In this document: in pieces, positions 1 to 11,104 of the stretch
How the letters are laid out: each line of letters begins with the position of its first letter
Position numbering within the stretch: position 1 is the stretch's first letter
Source: Methanobacteriota archaeon
Lineage (GTDB): Archaea > Thermoplasmatota > Thermoplasmata > SG8-5 > JAGLSY01
Assembly (NCBI GenBank): GCA_020696385.1
Contig: JAEHCQ010000001.1
Coordinates: 544,001 to 608,000 of the forward strand
Length of the DNA: 64,000 nucleotides
Reading direction: 5' to 3'
Made by a program: the position numbers and the translations under genes
The notes under the pieces: generated by a model
What the model was told of the DNA's origin: nothing
Database searches by the model: none
What the model saw: the letters and a program-made list of their open reading frames with translations, nothing else

Positions 1-1778
1 ATGTCACAATTCATTTCCTTACATTTATCACATTGTTGACATATAGAAGACTTATAGATCAAGTTAAGTCCATCTGGTAAAGCTATACTGAATATGTCCT
101 TACCATACCACATCTCCTTACCATCGACTATGACTGGCTCTGGCCAATCATACACATTGGCTTTGGATAGTATCATAGATGTGTCTGCCTTGTTCAGCAA
201 TGGGTTATTATGTGTTAATTTGAAAGCTCCAGTGATATTATCGTGAATACCTCCAATGACCGGGCCTCCGAACCTTGGCGATAGAATATTTTCCTGTACC
301 AACATCAATATTCGGCCTTCAGCAATGGCTTCCGGGCTCTGGAGAACATGAACGTTCATCTCATCACCATCGAAATCCGCATTGTATGGAGGGCAAACAC
401 ATAGGTTGAACCTGAATGTCTTATGTGGCATCACTCTTACTTTATGTGCCATCATGGACATCCTGTGGAGAGAAGGCTGCCTGTTGAACAGGACGATATC
501 GCCATCGACCAATTGTCTCTCTATGACCTGGCCGATCTCTATTCCCTCTGAAACAAGCTCCGCATTCCTATCTGTGATCTTGATCCTTCGTCCATCTGCT
601 CTGATCAGGTAATTCACTCCAGGGAGATATTCTCCATGAGGGCCTTCAGGTGCGATGCCTCTGCTTGTCACTTCTTTAACAGCATCGATATTGAACTCTG
701 TCACCCTTATCGGGATAGTAAGCTCTCTGGAAGCTTTGACCGGTATACCGACCTCGTTGATCGAAAGGACCGGATCTGGGGATATAACTGTCCTTGCAGA
801 GAAATTCACTCTCTTACCCGAAAGGTTGGATCTGAAACGTCCTTCCTTTCCTTTCAGCCTCTGGACCAATGTCTTCAATGGCCTTCCAGACCTATGCCTG
901 GCTGGTGGTATACCAGATGTCTGATTATCAAAGTAAGTGGTTATGTGGTACTGAAGCAATTCCCAAAGATCCTCAACAATCAGTTGGGGAGCTCCCGCGT
1001 CCCTATTCTCTCTCAATCTCTGATTGATCCTGAGAACATCCACTAATTTGTGGGTGAGATCATCCTCCGACCTCTCACCGGATTCCAGTGTGATGGATGG
1101 CCTGACTGTCACCGGTGGAACTGGCAATGCTGTCAATATCATCCATTCTGGCCTTGAGACCTTGTGATTCAAACCCATTGGCATCAGATCCTCATCCGGG
1201 ATCCTTTCCAATCTTTCTCTGACTTCCTTGGGGGTCAGCTTGTGACCTTCTTCCCTGAAAGTAGTTGGTTTGTCAAGGGTTATCTTCAACTGCTCGGCAT
1301 CACAGTGTGGGCATATCGTCCTTACACTGGCATCCTTTGCAGTTCTCTTCATCAGATGATCGAAATCAGTTGTGTCCCCACCCAGAGAACCGAGCATGAA
1401 CCTGAGTTCCTCTTCCTCTTCCATCTGCTTCTCTGTCAGAAGGATACGACCGCATGAGCGGCATGTGGATTGAAGAAGACGTTTTATGTCCTTGATGAAA
1501 CCCACGTGTATGACTGGCATTGCCAGGTCGATGTGACCGAAGTGACCCGGGCAGTCTTCCACCCTTGCACCGCAGGTCCTGCATCTGAGACCGGGCTCGA
1601 TAACACCCAAATGTGGATCCATCAGACCCATTTCGATCGGGAAACCATCATCATCGTAGGTATCGGCAGTAATGACCTTGACACCGGACATCTTCCTTAT
1701 CTCCTCGGGGGAGATGTGGGCGAATTTGATGTACTGGATCCTCTTGCTCACTCCTACTCTTGGCCTTGATACCATCAT
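1..1778 (-). CDS. rpoA1: DNA-directed RNA polymerase subunit A' (Rpo1N); 3' part runs off the left edge
   Basis: Not in ORF track (no stop in window). Manual translation starts [58 protein letters not shown]; catalytic NADFDGD at about 363-383; ATG overlaps the rpoB TGA. Confidence 0.97.
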   Translation of the reverse strand, partial: MMVSRPRVGVSKRIQYIKFAHISPEEIRKMSGVKVITADTYDDDGFPIEMGLMDPHLGVIEPGLRCRTCGARVEDCPGHFGHIDLAMPVIHVGFIKDIKRLLQSTCRSCGRILLTEKQMEEEEELRFMLGSLGGDTTDFDHLMKRTAKDASVRTICPHCDAEQLKITLDKPTTFREEGHKLTPKEVRERLERIPDEDLMPMGLNHKVSRPEWMILTALPVPPVTVRPSITLESGERSEDDLTHKLVDVLRINQRLRENRDAGAPQLIVEDLWELLQYHITTYFDNQTSGIPPARHRSGRPLKTLVQRLKGKEGRFRSNLSGKRVNFSARTVISPDPVLSINEVGIPVKASRELTIPIRVTEFNIDAVKEVTSRGIAPEGPHGEYLPGVNYLIRADGRRIKITDRNAELVSEGIEIGQVIERQLVDGDIVLFNRQPSLHRMSMMAHKVRVMPHKTFRFNLCVCPPYNADFDGDEMNVHVLQSPEAIAEGRILMLVQENILSPRFGGPVIGGIHDNITGAFKLTHNNPLLNKADTSMILSKANVYDWPEPVIVDGKEMWYGKDIFSIALPDGLNLIYKSSICQQCDKCKEMNCD

Positions 1779-4700
1779 TTCAATTCCTCCAGCTGAAGAC
1801 GCATGGCAACACCAAGCGAAAGTAGTTCATCCATCAACAGTTTGAATGCATAACTGGTCTGAACCGGGTGGACACTTGAATTGTTTCCACATACCGGACA
1901 TCTCAGAACACCTCTGCGATCCAATATGGCTATATGACCACAAGCGGAATTACCACAGACATACTGGGTGGTTCCATCTGATTCATCCAATAGCCTATCC
2001 TTGATCACCATTGCGGCCCCATGGCCGATAAGACAGTCACGTTCCATCTCACCAAATCTCAATCCACCCTGCCTTGATCTTCCTTCGGTAGGCTGTCTGG
2101 TAAGTATCTGGACCGGCCCTCTGGATCTCATGTGTAGCTTTCCAGCCACCATGTGATGTAGCTTCTGATAGTAGATGACACCGACAAATATATCGGCATT
2201 TATGAGCTGGCCAGTGCGGCCATCGTACATGACCTCTCTGCTATTGTGCTTGAAGCCAGCATTGACCAGTTCCTTTCTGATAACTTCCTCTTTTTCTCCG
2301 CTGAAGGAAGTTCCGTCTATGAAACGGCCTTTCATGGATCCCATTTTTCCGCCCACCATCTCAAGAACGTGGGCGATGGTCATACGGGATGGAATACCGT
2401 GTGGATTGATTATAAGATCCGGGGTTTGACCGGTTTCTGTGAAGGGCATGTCCTCCATATCCACAAGAAGTCCTATAACTCCTTTTTGACCATGTCTGGA
2501 TGCGAACTTGTCGCCAAGTTCCGGAATACGGGGATCCCTGACCTTGACCTTCACAAGACGGCTTCCATTCTCAGTCTCTGTGAGCATAACGCTGTCAACC
2601 CAACCCTTTTCTCCTGGGCGGACCGTCACCGAGGTCTCCCTTCTCTTCTGAGGAGTAAGGAAATCCGTGTCCTCTTCGAGGAATCTGGGTGGTGATGTCT
2701 TACCTATGAGGACATCTCCGCCTTTGATATTAGTCTCTGGGCTTATCAGACCATCTTCATTCAGACTGTTATAGGAAAGGTCTGCTCTTGCGCCCCTGAC
2801 ATCGGGACTAGGTATCTCCAGATGATCCTCCTGACCACCAGGATATCTCCTCTCTTCAGCCTTATATGTCCTGAAGAAGGTGGAATGTCCCAGACCTCTC
2901 TGGATAGATGATTTACTCATTACGAGGGCATCCTCCATATTGTAACCATGATGGGTTGCGACGGCAACCACAAAGTTCTGGCCACCAGGTCTCTTTGTGA
3001 AGTTCACGAAATTCATGACCTCTGTCTGCACCATCGGCCTCTGTGGGTAATGGAGAAGGTGAGCTCTCGTATCCGGTCTTATCCTGTAATTGGAACTGCT
3101 AAGTCCGAGAGACTGTTTGGCCATAGCTGAACCCATTGTGATCCTTGGTGACGAATTGTGTTCTGGATATGGAACAAGACCTGCACACACTCCCAAAATG
3201 AGCATGGGGTCTATCTCCATATGTGTATGATCGTTCTCGAGGAGCTTGTCAACCTTCATGACCTTTTCACAATGCTTGCACCTTAGCTTGACCACATCAT
3301 CTGGAACTCCGATATTCTCCCAGGTGGTGTCTGTGCTTGCAAGAAGACTATCACAATGATCACACTTGGTTGGAGAGTTGAAGGCTCTTACAGCGATGTA
3401 AGTGTCCTCTTCTTCTTCCGCATCCAGCCATTCGATTATGCCCTCGCGGACAATATCCTGTGTCTTTATCTTTCCAGATTTCAGGCCATCCATATGCTTT
3501 TTGTTAAGCAGAAGCCTTCCATCTTTGGATACTATGAGGGGTCTTCTCAACCTTCCCTCATCACAATTGATTATGACGTCATTCATATCCTCGTCATATC
3601 TGAGATTCACTTCATTGGAGATCATGCCGCTTCTTCTTCTCTGGCGTACCTCCTCTACAAGGTCTTTCGGCCTGTCATGTGTACCTATCAGGTCACCATT
3701 GACATATACCTTGGTGCTCTTGGTCTGCTGGCCCTTGACCTCTTTTATGCCAAGATCCTGCAGAAGCATCTTGACGATGTGATCATGTGATCTTTCCGAG
3801 ACATCCACAAGCAAAGCGCAGTTCTTGACAAGACCACAATTTTGACCTTCAGGGGTCTCATTCGGGCATAATCTTCCCCACTGAGTTGGATGAAGATCCC
3901 TGGCCTCGAAATGCGGCTGGGTCCTGGTCAATGGAGATGTGACCCTTCTCAAGTGACTGAGTGCGCTCATATTGGATGTTCTGTCCAGAAGCTGGGAAAC
4001 TCCAGCTCGTCCACCGACCCAATTACCAGTGGAAAGCGCATGCAGAAGTCTCTGGGTGAGCAGATCCGGCCTTATGGCGGATGTTATCTTCATACCCTTC
4101 TTCTTGGCATATCCTCTCTCAAGCTGATATTTGAGATCCTTTACAAGGTTGGTGAATGATACCCTGAAGAGATCTTCCATTAGATCCCCAGATAGCTTCA
4201 ATCTCTTGTTTGCATAATGATCCTTATCATCCTCTCCCCTCATGTCGAGGGAGAGTTCGAGCACGGTCCTGGCTATCCTTCCAAGGAAGATTGCTTTCTT
4301 CAACCTGTCCTCTGGAGCATCACCAAGGTGAGGCAATAATGATTTGTCCAGTATGGATTCTACCTTCTTTATTCTGTATTCCTTGGCCTGGCCTGTTGCG
4401 AACTTCTTCTCAAGCCAAAGTATAGCATCCTCTGTGGTGAAAACACCATCTGGAGGGCAATGCTTTGGATCCTGTACTTCCTCTATGTTAGCATAAAGGA
4501 TATTCGCCATCGCAGGATCAGATACTACAGCATTGTAGATATCTTCATCGTTTTCCAATCCCAGTGCTTTCATAAGCAATATAAGAGGGATCTTACCGGA
4601 TGCAGCTGCGACCGAGACATGCAAGATACTGTCCCTTTTCTTCTCGACCAGTGTGAGGGCTCGGTATCCTTCTTTTTGTGAGAACACCTTGGCGACCTCT

Positions 4701-5383
4701 GTCCTTGTTCCATATCTCTCACTGTATTCAACGAGAACTCTGTTAGGAGCAAGATCTTCAAGGGATATCAGAACACGCTCTGTACCGCCAACAATGAAAT
4801 ATCCGCCTGGGTCGTATGGATCTTCGCCAACACCACTGAGCTTCTCATTAGAAGACATCCTGGCCAATTCCTCATCGCTCTTCAATTTGAACATGAGGTC
4901 GATATTATTGTCATGGATATTGCACTTCTTTGATTTTACCATGACCGGTAAATTACCTATGTGAACGGCCTCTGGCTCTCTCTCAATGCCGTTCTCGATA
5001 ATAGTTATTGTCAGATCGATGGGGGCCATGTAGGTGAGGTTCCTCAGACGGGCCTCCATAGGGGTCAATGGATTGGTAGCACCATTGGCCTCTTTGACCC
5101 TTGGTGACCCAATGTACAATGTGGGTTTAGAATGAGAGTCTATGGCTCCATTCTTGTCCCTCTTTCTACCTATCCTCACATCAACGATATTACCGTCTGT
5201 TTTATCCGAATCCAGACGTATAACACCTCTCAGGACCTCTTCTTTGGATACCCTGATATTATCAACGATCTGCTGCATTCTGCTATTTGGATTGTCTATG
5301 GTTGGCAGAAAATCGTTGTAAGATGCGATATGGTGGTTTACAATGCTCCTGTCCTTAAAAAAGGCTTCAACTAGTTCTCTCAT
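1775..5383 (-). CDS. rpoB: DNA-directed RNA polymerase subunit B (Rpo2, unsplit)
   Basis: 1202 aa; [21 protein letters not shown]-terminal Zn finger; lies between rpoH and rpoA'. Confidence 0.99.
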   Translation of the reverse strand: MRELVEAFFKDRSIVNHHIASYNDFLPTIDNPNSRMQQIVDNIRVSKEEVLRGVIRLDSDKTDGNIVDVRIGRKRDKNGAIDSHSKPTLYIGSPRVKEANGATNPLTPMEARLRNLTYMAPIDLTITIIENGIEREPEAVHIGNLPVMVKSKKCNIHDNNIDLMFKLKSDEELARMSSNEKLSGVGEDPYDPGGYFIVGGTERVLISLEDLAPNRVLVEYSERYGTRTEVAKVFSQKEGYRALTLVEKKRDSILHVSVAAASGKIPLILLMKALGLENDEDIYNAVVSDPAMANILYANIEEVQDPKHCPPDGVFTTEDAILWLEKKFATGQAKEYRIKKVESILDKSLLPHLGDAPEDRLKKAIFLGRIARTVLELSLDMRGEDDKDHYANKRLKLSGDLMEDLFRVSFTNLVKDLKYQLERGYAKKKGMKITSAIRPDLLTQRLLHALSTGNWVGGRAGVSQLLDRTSNMSALSHLRRVTSPLTRTQPHFEARDLHPTQWGRLCPNETPEGQNCGLVKNCALLVDVSERSHDHIVKMLLQDLGIKEVKGQQTKSTKVYVNGDLIGTHDRPKDLVEEVRQRRRSGMISNEVNLRYDEDMNDVIINCDEGRLRRPLIVSKDGRLLLNKKHMDGLKSGKIKTQDIVREGIIEWLDAEEEEDTYIAVRAFNSPTKCDHCDSLLASTDTTWENIGVPDDVVKLRCKHCEKVMKVDKLLENDHTHMEIDPMLILGVCAGLVPYPEHNSSPRITMGSAMAKQSLGLSSSNYRIRPDTRAHLLHYPQRPMVQTEVMNFVNFTKRPGGQNFVVAVATHHGYNMEDALVMSKSSIQRGLGHSTFFRTYKAEERRYPGGQEDHLEIPSPDVRGARADLSYNSLNEDGLISPETNIKGGDVLIGKTSPPRFLEEDTDFLTPQKRRETSVTVRPGEKGWVDSVMLTETENGSRLVKVKVRDPRIPELGDKFASRHGQKGVIGLLVDMEDMPFTETGQTPDLIINPHGIPSRMTIAHVLEMVGGKMGSMKGRFIDGTSFSGEKEEVIRKELVNAGFKHNSREVMYDGRTGQLINADIFVGVIYYQKLHHMVAGKLHMRSRGPVQILTRQPTEGRSRQGGLRFGEMERDCLIGHGAAMVIKDRLLDESDGTTQYVCGNSACGHIAILDRRGVLRCPVCGNNSSVHPVQTSYAFKLLMDELLSLGVAMRLQLEELK

Positions 5384-5391
5384 TGGAACAC

Positions 5392-5646
5392 CTATCCTCT
5401 TATTACTACTCTGTAAGCTACTGATACTCCAGCTATGGGATTCAGCCTTACAACTTTGATCACTCTACCCTCTGCGATCTCATCACCGATTATATGTTCC
5501 AGTGTTTTGATACAGGGGTCATTCTTTCTGATCTTCGGGAGCTGGTCCTTTCCGATCTTATAACCTTTTAGAACTGCCTTCTCCTCATCTTCAGAAAGAA
5601 GATGATGCTCCGGCACCATTTCATGTTCGAGTACATTGAATTCCAT
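5392..5646 (-). CDS. rpoH: DNA-directed RNA polymerase subunit H (Rpo5)
   Basis: HEMVPEH...QLPKI...DP...AYRVV signature; first gene of the RNAP operon. Confidence 0.97.
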   Translation of the reverse strand: MEFNVLEHEMVPEHHLLSEDEEKAVLKGYKIGKDQLPKIRKNDPCIKTLEHIIGDEIAEGRVIKVVRLNPIAGVSVAYRVVIRG

Positions 5647-5715
5647 ATTACTGCCTCCAAACTAAATTGAATAATCAACTCCTCTTTTATTATCCACACT
5701 TTTCTCATATAGGTT

Positions 5716-5875
5716 TGGCGAGCCCGAAGGGATTCGAACCCTTGACCACCTGGTATCTTTCCAACCAACGAATCGCATTCGTTAGCGCACATTGGTCAGA
5801 TAAAAGCCAGATGCTCTTTCTAGGACTTACGCGGATATTCAATCGCGAAAGTCAACCTAGCTGAGCTACGGGCCC
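5716..5875 (-). tRNA. tRNA-Lys(UUU) with two introns (D-loop 20/21 and canonical 37/38), CCA encoded
   Basis: Exons 5875-5855, 5817-5801 and 5754-5716 join into a 77-nt cloverleaf: GGGCCCG TA GCTC AGCTAGGTA GAGC A TCTGG CT TTT AA CCAGG TGGTC AAGGG TTCGAAT CCCTT CGGGCTC G CCA. Introns are 37 nt (5854-5818) and 46 nt (5800-5755), both with bulge-helix motifs. Confidence 0.92.
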
Positions 5876-6124
5876 ACACCTGAGTCAAATGATGGATAGC
5901 TCACCTCCGAAAACGTTATTATATATAAACATTACCATGCGTACGTGTTATTAATTAATGTTAGGGGCATTTTTACCTAAAAAATCAACATGTTTTTCTT
6001 AAATAATTGTTAATTCCAGAAAGTATTATATATGACTGATTTAAAAAATCCACTTTTCTCAGTGATCCATGAATTTGATGAAAATATGAAAACCCTTTAA
6101 TCCTTTACCGTATTGAACCTGTGA

Positions 6125-7519
6125 ATGTATATCATCGTTGCAGGAATGGGGCAAGTTGGGCTCCAGATAACCGAGACGCTGTTGGAGGAAGGGCATAATC
6201 TCGCAGTAATTGAGAATGATTGCGAGAGAATCAAGATCTTTGAAAATCTAGATATGCTATGTGTCAATGGGAATGCCGCAAGCTTGTCCACCCTGATAGA
6301 GGCTGGAATCAGCTCGGCTGATATCTTTATCGCGGCAACTGGCTCGGATGAAGTGAATATAATAAGTTCTGTCATTGCCAGGACCAAAGGATGCCGAACA
6401 ATGGCCAGAATAAATGGCAAGGACTACATGCCAGAGGATATGATCTCTGGCAAATTGGACCTGTTTGGAATAGATCTGGCCATATGTCCAGATAGAGTAA
6501 CGGCAAAGCATATGGCGAAAATGCTCCTGCTTCCTTCACTTGTGGAAAGCGAGGTCGTGACCAAGGAAGGGGGTTTGATAATAAATTTCATATTACCTGA
6601 AAAGACACCATTGGTCTCGATAAGCGTGGATGGTCTGACCCTGCCCAAGGGATGCCTTATCTCTGCCATATCACGTGCAGGTGTTGTTGTGGATCCAGAC
6701 CTGGCAGGTAAGTTCAGGCCTGGAGATAAGATATTCATTACCATTGACTCCAAGGATAAGATACCGGAGGTGGAGAAGACTTTCAGATTGGATATCAGTG
6801 TCTGCACCGTTGTGGGAGATAAGATGGAAGTCGGCATGGACAAGATAATGATAATGGGGGCCAATAATATCGGCATAAATCTTGCCAAAAGCCTGGAGAT
6901 GTCACGATTGGTACTCCTGATGGATGAGGATGAAGAGCGATGTGAAAAGGCATCGACCCAATTGGACAAAGGCCTGGTCATTCACATTTCCGGCATCGAT
7001 GATAAAGCTCTCAAAGAAGAAGGAATTGAGGATGTCGGTGCTTTTGTAGCTACCACCGATAGCAGTGAGTTCAATATGCTAGCTTGCCTGATCGCCATGA
7101 GATTGGGAGTGAGGAAGACAATGGCATTGGTCGAGGACCCGGAATTCATCCCCCTGTTCGAGCAGATAGGGATAACAGTGGCTCTGAGTCCGAGGATGAT
7201 AACTGCCAATTCCATGCTGAAGCACATTGCCAAGCCTGGAGATAAAAGACCCACGATGAAACAGATCACGAGCTTGCCAGCAGACGAATCAAGGGTTCTG
7301 GAGATCTTCGTTTCCAAGGATCTATGGATAGTTGGAAAAGAATTTGGAAAAGTGAAGCTCCCCAACAATAGCTTCATAGGCTCGGTTATAAGGAATGGCA
7401 GTGTTCTTAGACCCACACAGTTCGATATTGTAAGGTCTGGTGATCGATTGATAATATTTGCTGGCGTTGAATCCCTGAAAAAGATCGATAAACTATTCAT
7501 GCGCTCAAGAAAAGGCTGA
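6125..7519 (+). CDS. trkA: Trk system potassium uptake regulatory subunit
   Basis: 464 aa, two RCK N/C domain pairs, GxGxxG (GMGQVG); adjacent to trkH. Confidence 0.93.
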   Translation: MYIIVAGMGQVGLQITETLLEEGHNLAVIENDCERIKIFENLDMLCVNGNAASLSTLIEAGISSADIFIAATGSDEVNIISSVIARTKGCRTMARINGKDYMPEDMISGKLDLFGIDLAICPDRVTAKHMAKMLLLPSLVESEVVTKEGGLIINFILPEKTPLVSISVDGLTLPKGCLISAISRAGVVVDPDLAGKFRPGDKIFITIDSKDKIPEVEKTFRLDISVCTVVGDKMEVGMDKIMIMGANNIGINLAKSLEMSRLVLLMDEDEERCEKASTQLDKGLVIHISGIDDKALKEEGIEDVGAFVATTDSSEFNMLACLIAMRLGVRKTMALVEDPEFIPLFEQIGITVALSPRMITANSMLKHIAKPGDKRPTMKQITSLPADESRVLEIFVSKDLWIVGKEFGKVKLPNNSFIGSVIRNGSVLRPTQFDIVRSGDRLIIFAGVESLKKIDKLFMRSRKG

Positions 7520-7527
7520 GGTATCTG

Positions 7528-8994
7528 ATGAGAAAGGATGGCATAATGGCGGTCATGGGGTACATTATCCTTCTTTTCAGCTTCGCGTTCATTCTTCCAC
7601 TTATTACTGGAGCGATATATGGTGAATCTGCCACTTTCCTATTGAAGACATACATCGTGCCCATGTTGATTTCCATTTCTTTAGGGTTCATAATGTGGTA
7701 TTACACAAAGAACTGGGGTGATGATCTCAGAGAAAGAGAGGCCTTTGTGGTGGTTGGCATCGGGTGGCTGGTCATTGCCGCTCTGGGAGCCCTGCCCTTC
7801 CTCTTTTCCGGCTCCATAACCAGCCCGATAGATGCTTATTTCGAATCCATGTCCGGCTTCACCACGACCGGGGCAACGATACTGGACCCTTCCGTCGGGG
7901 ATTATATGGACATATATCCGCACAGCATACTCATGTGGCGGGCGGTGACCACATGGCTTGGTGGTATGGGTATCATTGTCTTCAGTGTCGTGATACTGGC
8001 GAGGTTCCTGGAAGGGGGCGTGCATCTTTTCAAGGCCGAGGTGGCAGGTGCGTCTGTCACACGCCTTAGACCCAAGTTACATCAGACAGCGAGAATACTG
8101 TGGGGTGTTTATGGTCTGTTCACCCTGCTATCGATAATTTTATTGTTAATAGCAGGGTTGTCGCCATTTGATTCGGTGGCGATATCCTTTTCCACCCTTT
8201 CCACAGGCGGGTTCTCCGTGCACTCGGACAATATCGGATTCTACAATAGCCCGGGTGTGGAACTTATAGTTATTATGTTCATGATCATAGGTAGCACCAA
8301 CTTCATCCTCCATTACAGAGTTATCACTGGCAAGTACAAAGAAGTGATCATGGATCCTGAACTGAGGGCTTTCCTCATCTGGCTCGGGATGCTTTCTTTC
8401 ATTTCGATATTCGCACTATACCTCTCAGGAGAATTTGGGTTTGGAGAGTCTTTCAGAAAGGGAATGTTCCAGATCATATCCGCGGGAACCACCAGTGGAT
8501 TCTCAACAGCCGATGGTATCGCTCATTGGCCACCGATCGTGCATGCACTTATCATCCTCGCCATGTTGGTAGGAGCTACACTTGGCTCAACAAGTGGAGG
8601 ATTAAAGATATCCAGAATACTCATTCTTCTGGAGAATATGAAGAATGGCATATTGAGATCCATCCATCCAAGAGCTGTCCTGACAGTGAAGTTCAATGAC
8701 AGGGTGATCCCGGAAAAGGTGGTGGCACGGGTGCAATTACTCTTTTTCAGCTATCTACTTGTGCTTGTAGTGGCCGTGGTATTGATATGTGGAACAGGGG
8801 TCGATATCGAGACATCAATATCCGCAGTTGCCAGCTGTCTATCCAATTCAGGACCCAGTATTTTCAGGCTTGGAGAAGGGTTCCACACTCTGAATTCCAT
8901 GACGAAGATGATACTGACATTTTGTATGTGGATAGGTAGACTTGAAATATTGACCGGTCTAATTGTACTGTCCCCAAGTACCTACAGGACATGA
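7528..8994 (+). CDS. trkH: Trk system potassium uptake membrane subunit
   Basis: FESMSGFTTTG, STGGF, GSTSGGLKI, IGRLE motifs. Confidence 0.96.
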   Translation: MRKDGIMAVMGYIILLFSFAFILPLITGAIYGESATFLLKTYIVPMLISISLGFIMWYYTKNWGDDLREREAFVVVGIGWLVIAALGALPFLFSGSITSPIDAYFESMSGFTTTGATILDPSVGDYMDIYPHSILMWRAVTTWLGGMGIIVFSVVILARFLEGGVHLFKAEVAGASVTRLRPKLHQTARILWGVYGLFTLLSIILLLIAGLSPFDSVAISFSTLSTGGFSVHSDNIGFYNSPGVELIVIMFMIIGSTNFILHYRVITGKYKEVIMDPELRAFLIWLGMLSFISIFALYLSGEFGFGESFRKGMFQIISAGTTSGFSTADGIAHWPPIVHALIILAMLVGATLGSTSGGLKISRILILLENMKNGILRSIHPRAVLTVKFNDRVIPEKVVARVQLLFFSYLLVLVVAVVLICGTGVDIETSISAVASCLSNSGPSIFRLGEGFHTLNSMTKMILTFCMWIGRLEILTGLIVLSPSTYRT

Positions 8995-9035
8995 GCTGGC
9001 ATAATGAAAAAGCCAGAGCTTGTCAGAATATTAGA

Positions 9036-9341
9036 TCAAGCTTTGTTCGCTCTCTTCTTTCTCTCTTTTGATGTGAAGCCAGTTGCCCTCAGAAGGAAAT
9101 CATTGTATTGCTTTATAGTGTCTGAAGCAACATCATTTTCGACATTGGGGTTCATCACAGTCTCGACACTGAGCTTCTTCTTACCATCAAACCCGACAAT
9201 GAGCTTGTCAAGCGCACCGTATGTGGAGACAAAATTATCGCCATCCTTTTTGGCATTCCCAAATATATCTTTCATCAAGGCCTTGAGCTTGTCGCCCTCG
9301 ATATTTCCAAAATGTCCTCTTTTGATATCGTATAATGTCAT
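9036..9341 (-). CDS. DUF5611 / TA0095-like small protein
   Basis: Y.IKRG start and YNDFL..ATGFTSKERKK C-terminus resemble Thermoplasma TA0095 (recalled). Confidence 0.75.
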   Translation of the reverse strand: MTLYDIKRGHFGNIEGDKLKALMKDIFGNAKKDGDNFVSTYGALDKLIVGFDGKKKLSVETVMNPNVENDVASDTIKQYNDFLLRATGFTSKERKKRANKA

Positions 9342-9441
9342 TTTTACATCTCCATCCTTTCAATAGGTAAATATTACAATCCTATAATGCACTTCTCATG
9401 TTAATAATTTACATTAATCGAGTTTCTTATGTTGGTTTGAT

Positions 9442-9520
9442 TGGGGGCACGCATGAATGAGCTACGCCATTCATAAAAAATTCGAAAAACCTCACTTTTT
9501 GTTTCACAAAAGCTCGGTTA
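9442..9520 (-). repeat. Degenerate structured element downstream of tRNA-Leu
   Basis: Hairpin ATGAATG/CATTCAT, CCTCAC...GCTCGG closure, and TGGGGGCA-CGCATGAA shared with the tRNA-Ala element (18252-18270). Confidence 0.4.
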
Positions 9521-9534
9521 TTCAAAGAAAAAAG

Positions 9535-9618
9535 TGCGGGGGAAGGGATTTGAACCCTCGAAGGACTAACCACTAGGCCCTCAACCTAGCCCCTTTGGCC
9601 ATGCTCGGGTACCCCCGC
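9535..9618 (-). tRNA. tRNA-Leu(GAG)
   Basis: GCGGGGG acceptor, CTAGG TT GAG GG CCTAG anticodon arm, long variable arm, GGTTCAAATCC T arm. Confidence 0.95.
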
Positions 9619-9682
9619 ATTGTGCGTATACTTACCTCATCATCTTAGCTGTGAGGCAAACCCAACAATCAAGCATCAATAT

Positions 9683-9943
9683 TTAACCCTTTTTCCAAAG
9701 GACCACTGTATTGCCTCTGACATCGATAAGCTCTGATTTGGTATGGGATGATAGTTCTGTGGCTATCATCTTCACTTCGTTCTTATCGCAGCCAAGTATC
9801 TTGATCTTTATGAGATTTTTATTGGAAAGCTGGTTCTTGATCTCGTCTATCAATTGTTCCGTGATACCGGACTTTCCGACACGGACCGTGGGCTGGATGG
9901 CCTGCGCCTTGCCCCTCAGTTCTCTTTTGGTCTTATTGTCCAT
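9683..9943 (-). CDS. yhbY: YhbY/CRS1 RNA-binding protein
   Basis: LR.KA..I.PTVRVGKSGITE...LIKIK...DVRGNTVVLWK; start set to ATG 9943 (GTG 9952 possible). Confidence 0.9.
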   Translation of the reverse strand: MDNKTKRELRGKAQAIQPTVRVGKSGITEQLIDEIKNQLSNKNLIKIKILGCDKNEVKMIATELSSHTKSELIDVRGNTVVLWKKG

Positions 9944-10298
9944 TTGGCTCACTTCCCTTTATCGTTCCATTGTTATTAACTGTGTATGGTCTTCTGTATA
10001 TGTCACCACACTTCAGACAGTGTGTGGTTATGTGGCCACGTGATATCCGAACCCGGGTGTTCCTTGAAGGTACCCGGTATGTGCCACAGTGTTTGCAATA
10101 TTTATGTTTGAAGGTCCCTGGCAAGCTGATATTGTATTTCTTTCCGATCTTCCTTGCCAGATATCCATATCGGCTGGCCCTATCCAATTTGCCCGAAATT
10201 GCCTCCTTATCGGCCAATTCCAGTAGTATGGCTATTCTTTCACCAGCGATCTTCTTTCGCCGGTCCTTCTGCTTGGCGTATCTTCCTTTTTTGCCCAT
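9933..10298 (-). CDS. rnp4: Ribonuclease P protein component 4 (Rpp21)
   Basis: IA.ERI..L, CKHC...CLKCG..YRRPY Zn ribbon; paired with yhbY. Confidence 0.93.
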   Translation of the reverse strand: MGKKGRYAKQKDRRKKIAGERIAILLELADKEAISGKLDRASRYGYLARKIGKKYNISLPGTFKHKYCKHCGTYRVPSRNTRVRISRGHITTHCLKCGDIYRRPYTVNNNGTIKGSEPNGQ

Positions 10299-10361
10299 AG
10301 CATAGCCTACCTTTGGAAATAGAGCATATAGAAATAAATGAATATTACTGGTATGCTGATA

Positions 10362-10628
10362 TTAGATAAGACCCATGTCCTCGACATCGGCATTCTGGAC
10401 ACCAGGAACATCACGTATTAACTGTTCCAGTTTGTCCACCACGCCCTCGCCATCCTTCATGATGACCTGAACGATCAATGCTTTCAGTCCAAAAGCCAGT
10501 GGTCTTTCCTCTATGCTGTTCACTCTGCATATTTTGATCAATTCTTCAGTCAAATTGGTTTTCAATTCTACTAGATCTACTTCCAATCCGTCTGGCATGA
10601 CCTTGTAAGTTATCGCTACATCTCCCAT
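10362..10628 (-). CDS. ef1b: Translation elongation factor 1-beta
   Basis: MGDVAITYKVMP...PLAFGLKAL; start after GGTGA SD. Confidence 0.95.
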   Translation of the reverse strand: MGDVAITYKVMPDGLEVDLVELKTNLTEELIKICRVNSIEERPLAFGLKALIVQVIMKDGEGVVDKLEQLIRDVPGVQNADVEDMGLI

Positions 10629-10636
10629 TATATCAC

Positions 10637-10804
10637 CTACGGGCCCTGAAATCCACATTCGGGGCATTCATAGCTCACACTCTGATCTCTGCATCTGATG
10701 CATCGGCCGATCGTGAATTTACTACAGCTGGGGCATTTGAATACTGAGCTTCCTGTTTCGATCAAAGGAATCTTGCAAGATGTACAGACTACTTCTTCAT
10801 CCAT
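10637..10804 (-). CDS. Small zinc-finger protein (HVO_2753/DUF1610-like), 55 aa
   Basis: Below ORF-track cutoff. Manual translation MDEEVVCTSCKIPLIETGSSVFKCPSCSKFTIGRCIRCRDQSVSYECPECGFQGP, four CxxC; usual position upstream of EF-1beta. Confidence 0.92.
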   Translation of the reverse strand: MDEEVVCTSCKIPLIETGSSVFKCPSCSKFTIGRCIRCRDQSVSYECPECGFQGP

Positions 10805-11104
10805 TTATTTCACCAATGGGGCGGAACACATCATCATCTATATACTTTTTTACACGCTTTGACGTAAAATGAGGGCTCCCCAACCTATAAGAGTAGGAGT
10901 GAATGCAGATTTCTCTGTATTTTCTGAGCTCTGATTCTACCCAAGCTTGGGGATGATTCAATCAAGATAATATATTCAGCATTTATGCATTACTTATAGT
11001 ATATATTATAGAATATATCATAAGATTATATTATTACATCTTATATTCATTAATATTTATATCATACTAGTAAAGATAGTAGATGGTCAAGATCAAAGGG
11101 TCAG

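Noticed and set aside
382-1769. Short ORFs over the left end (mostly plus strand)
   Set aside because: They are antisense or off-frame shadows of rpoA', which carries the NADFDGD motif.
5568-5864. Short ORFs 5568-5792 (-) and 5667-5864 (+)
   Set aside because: They overlap the intron-containing tRNA-Lys and rpoH and have no protein-like features.
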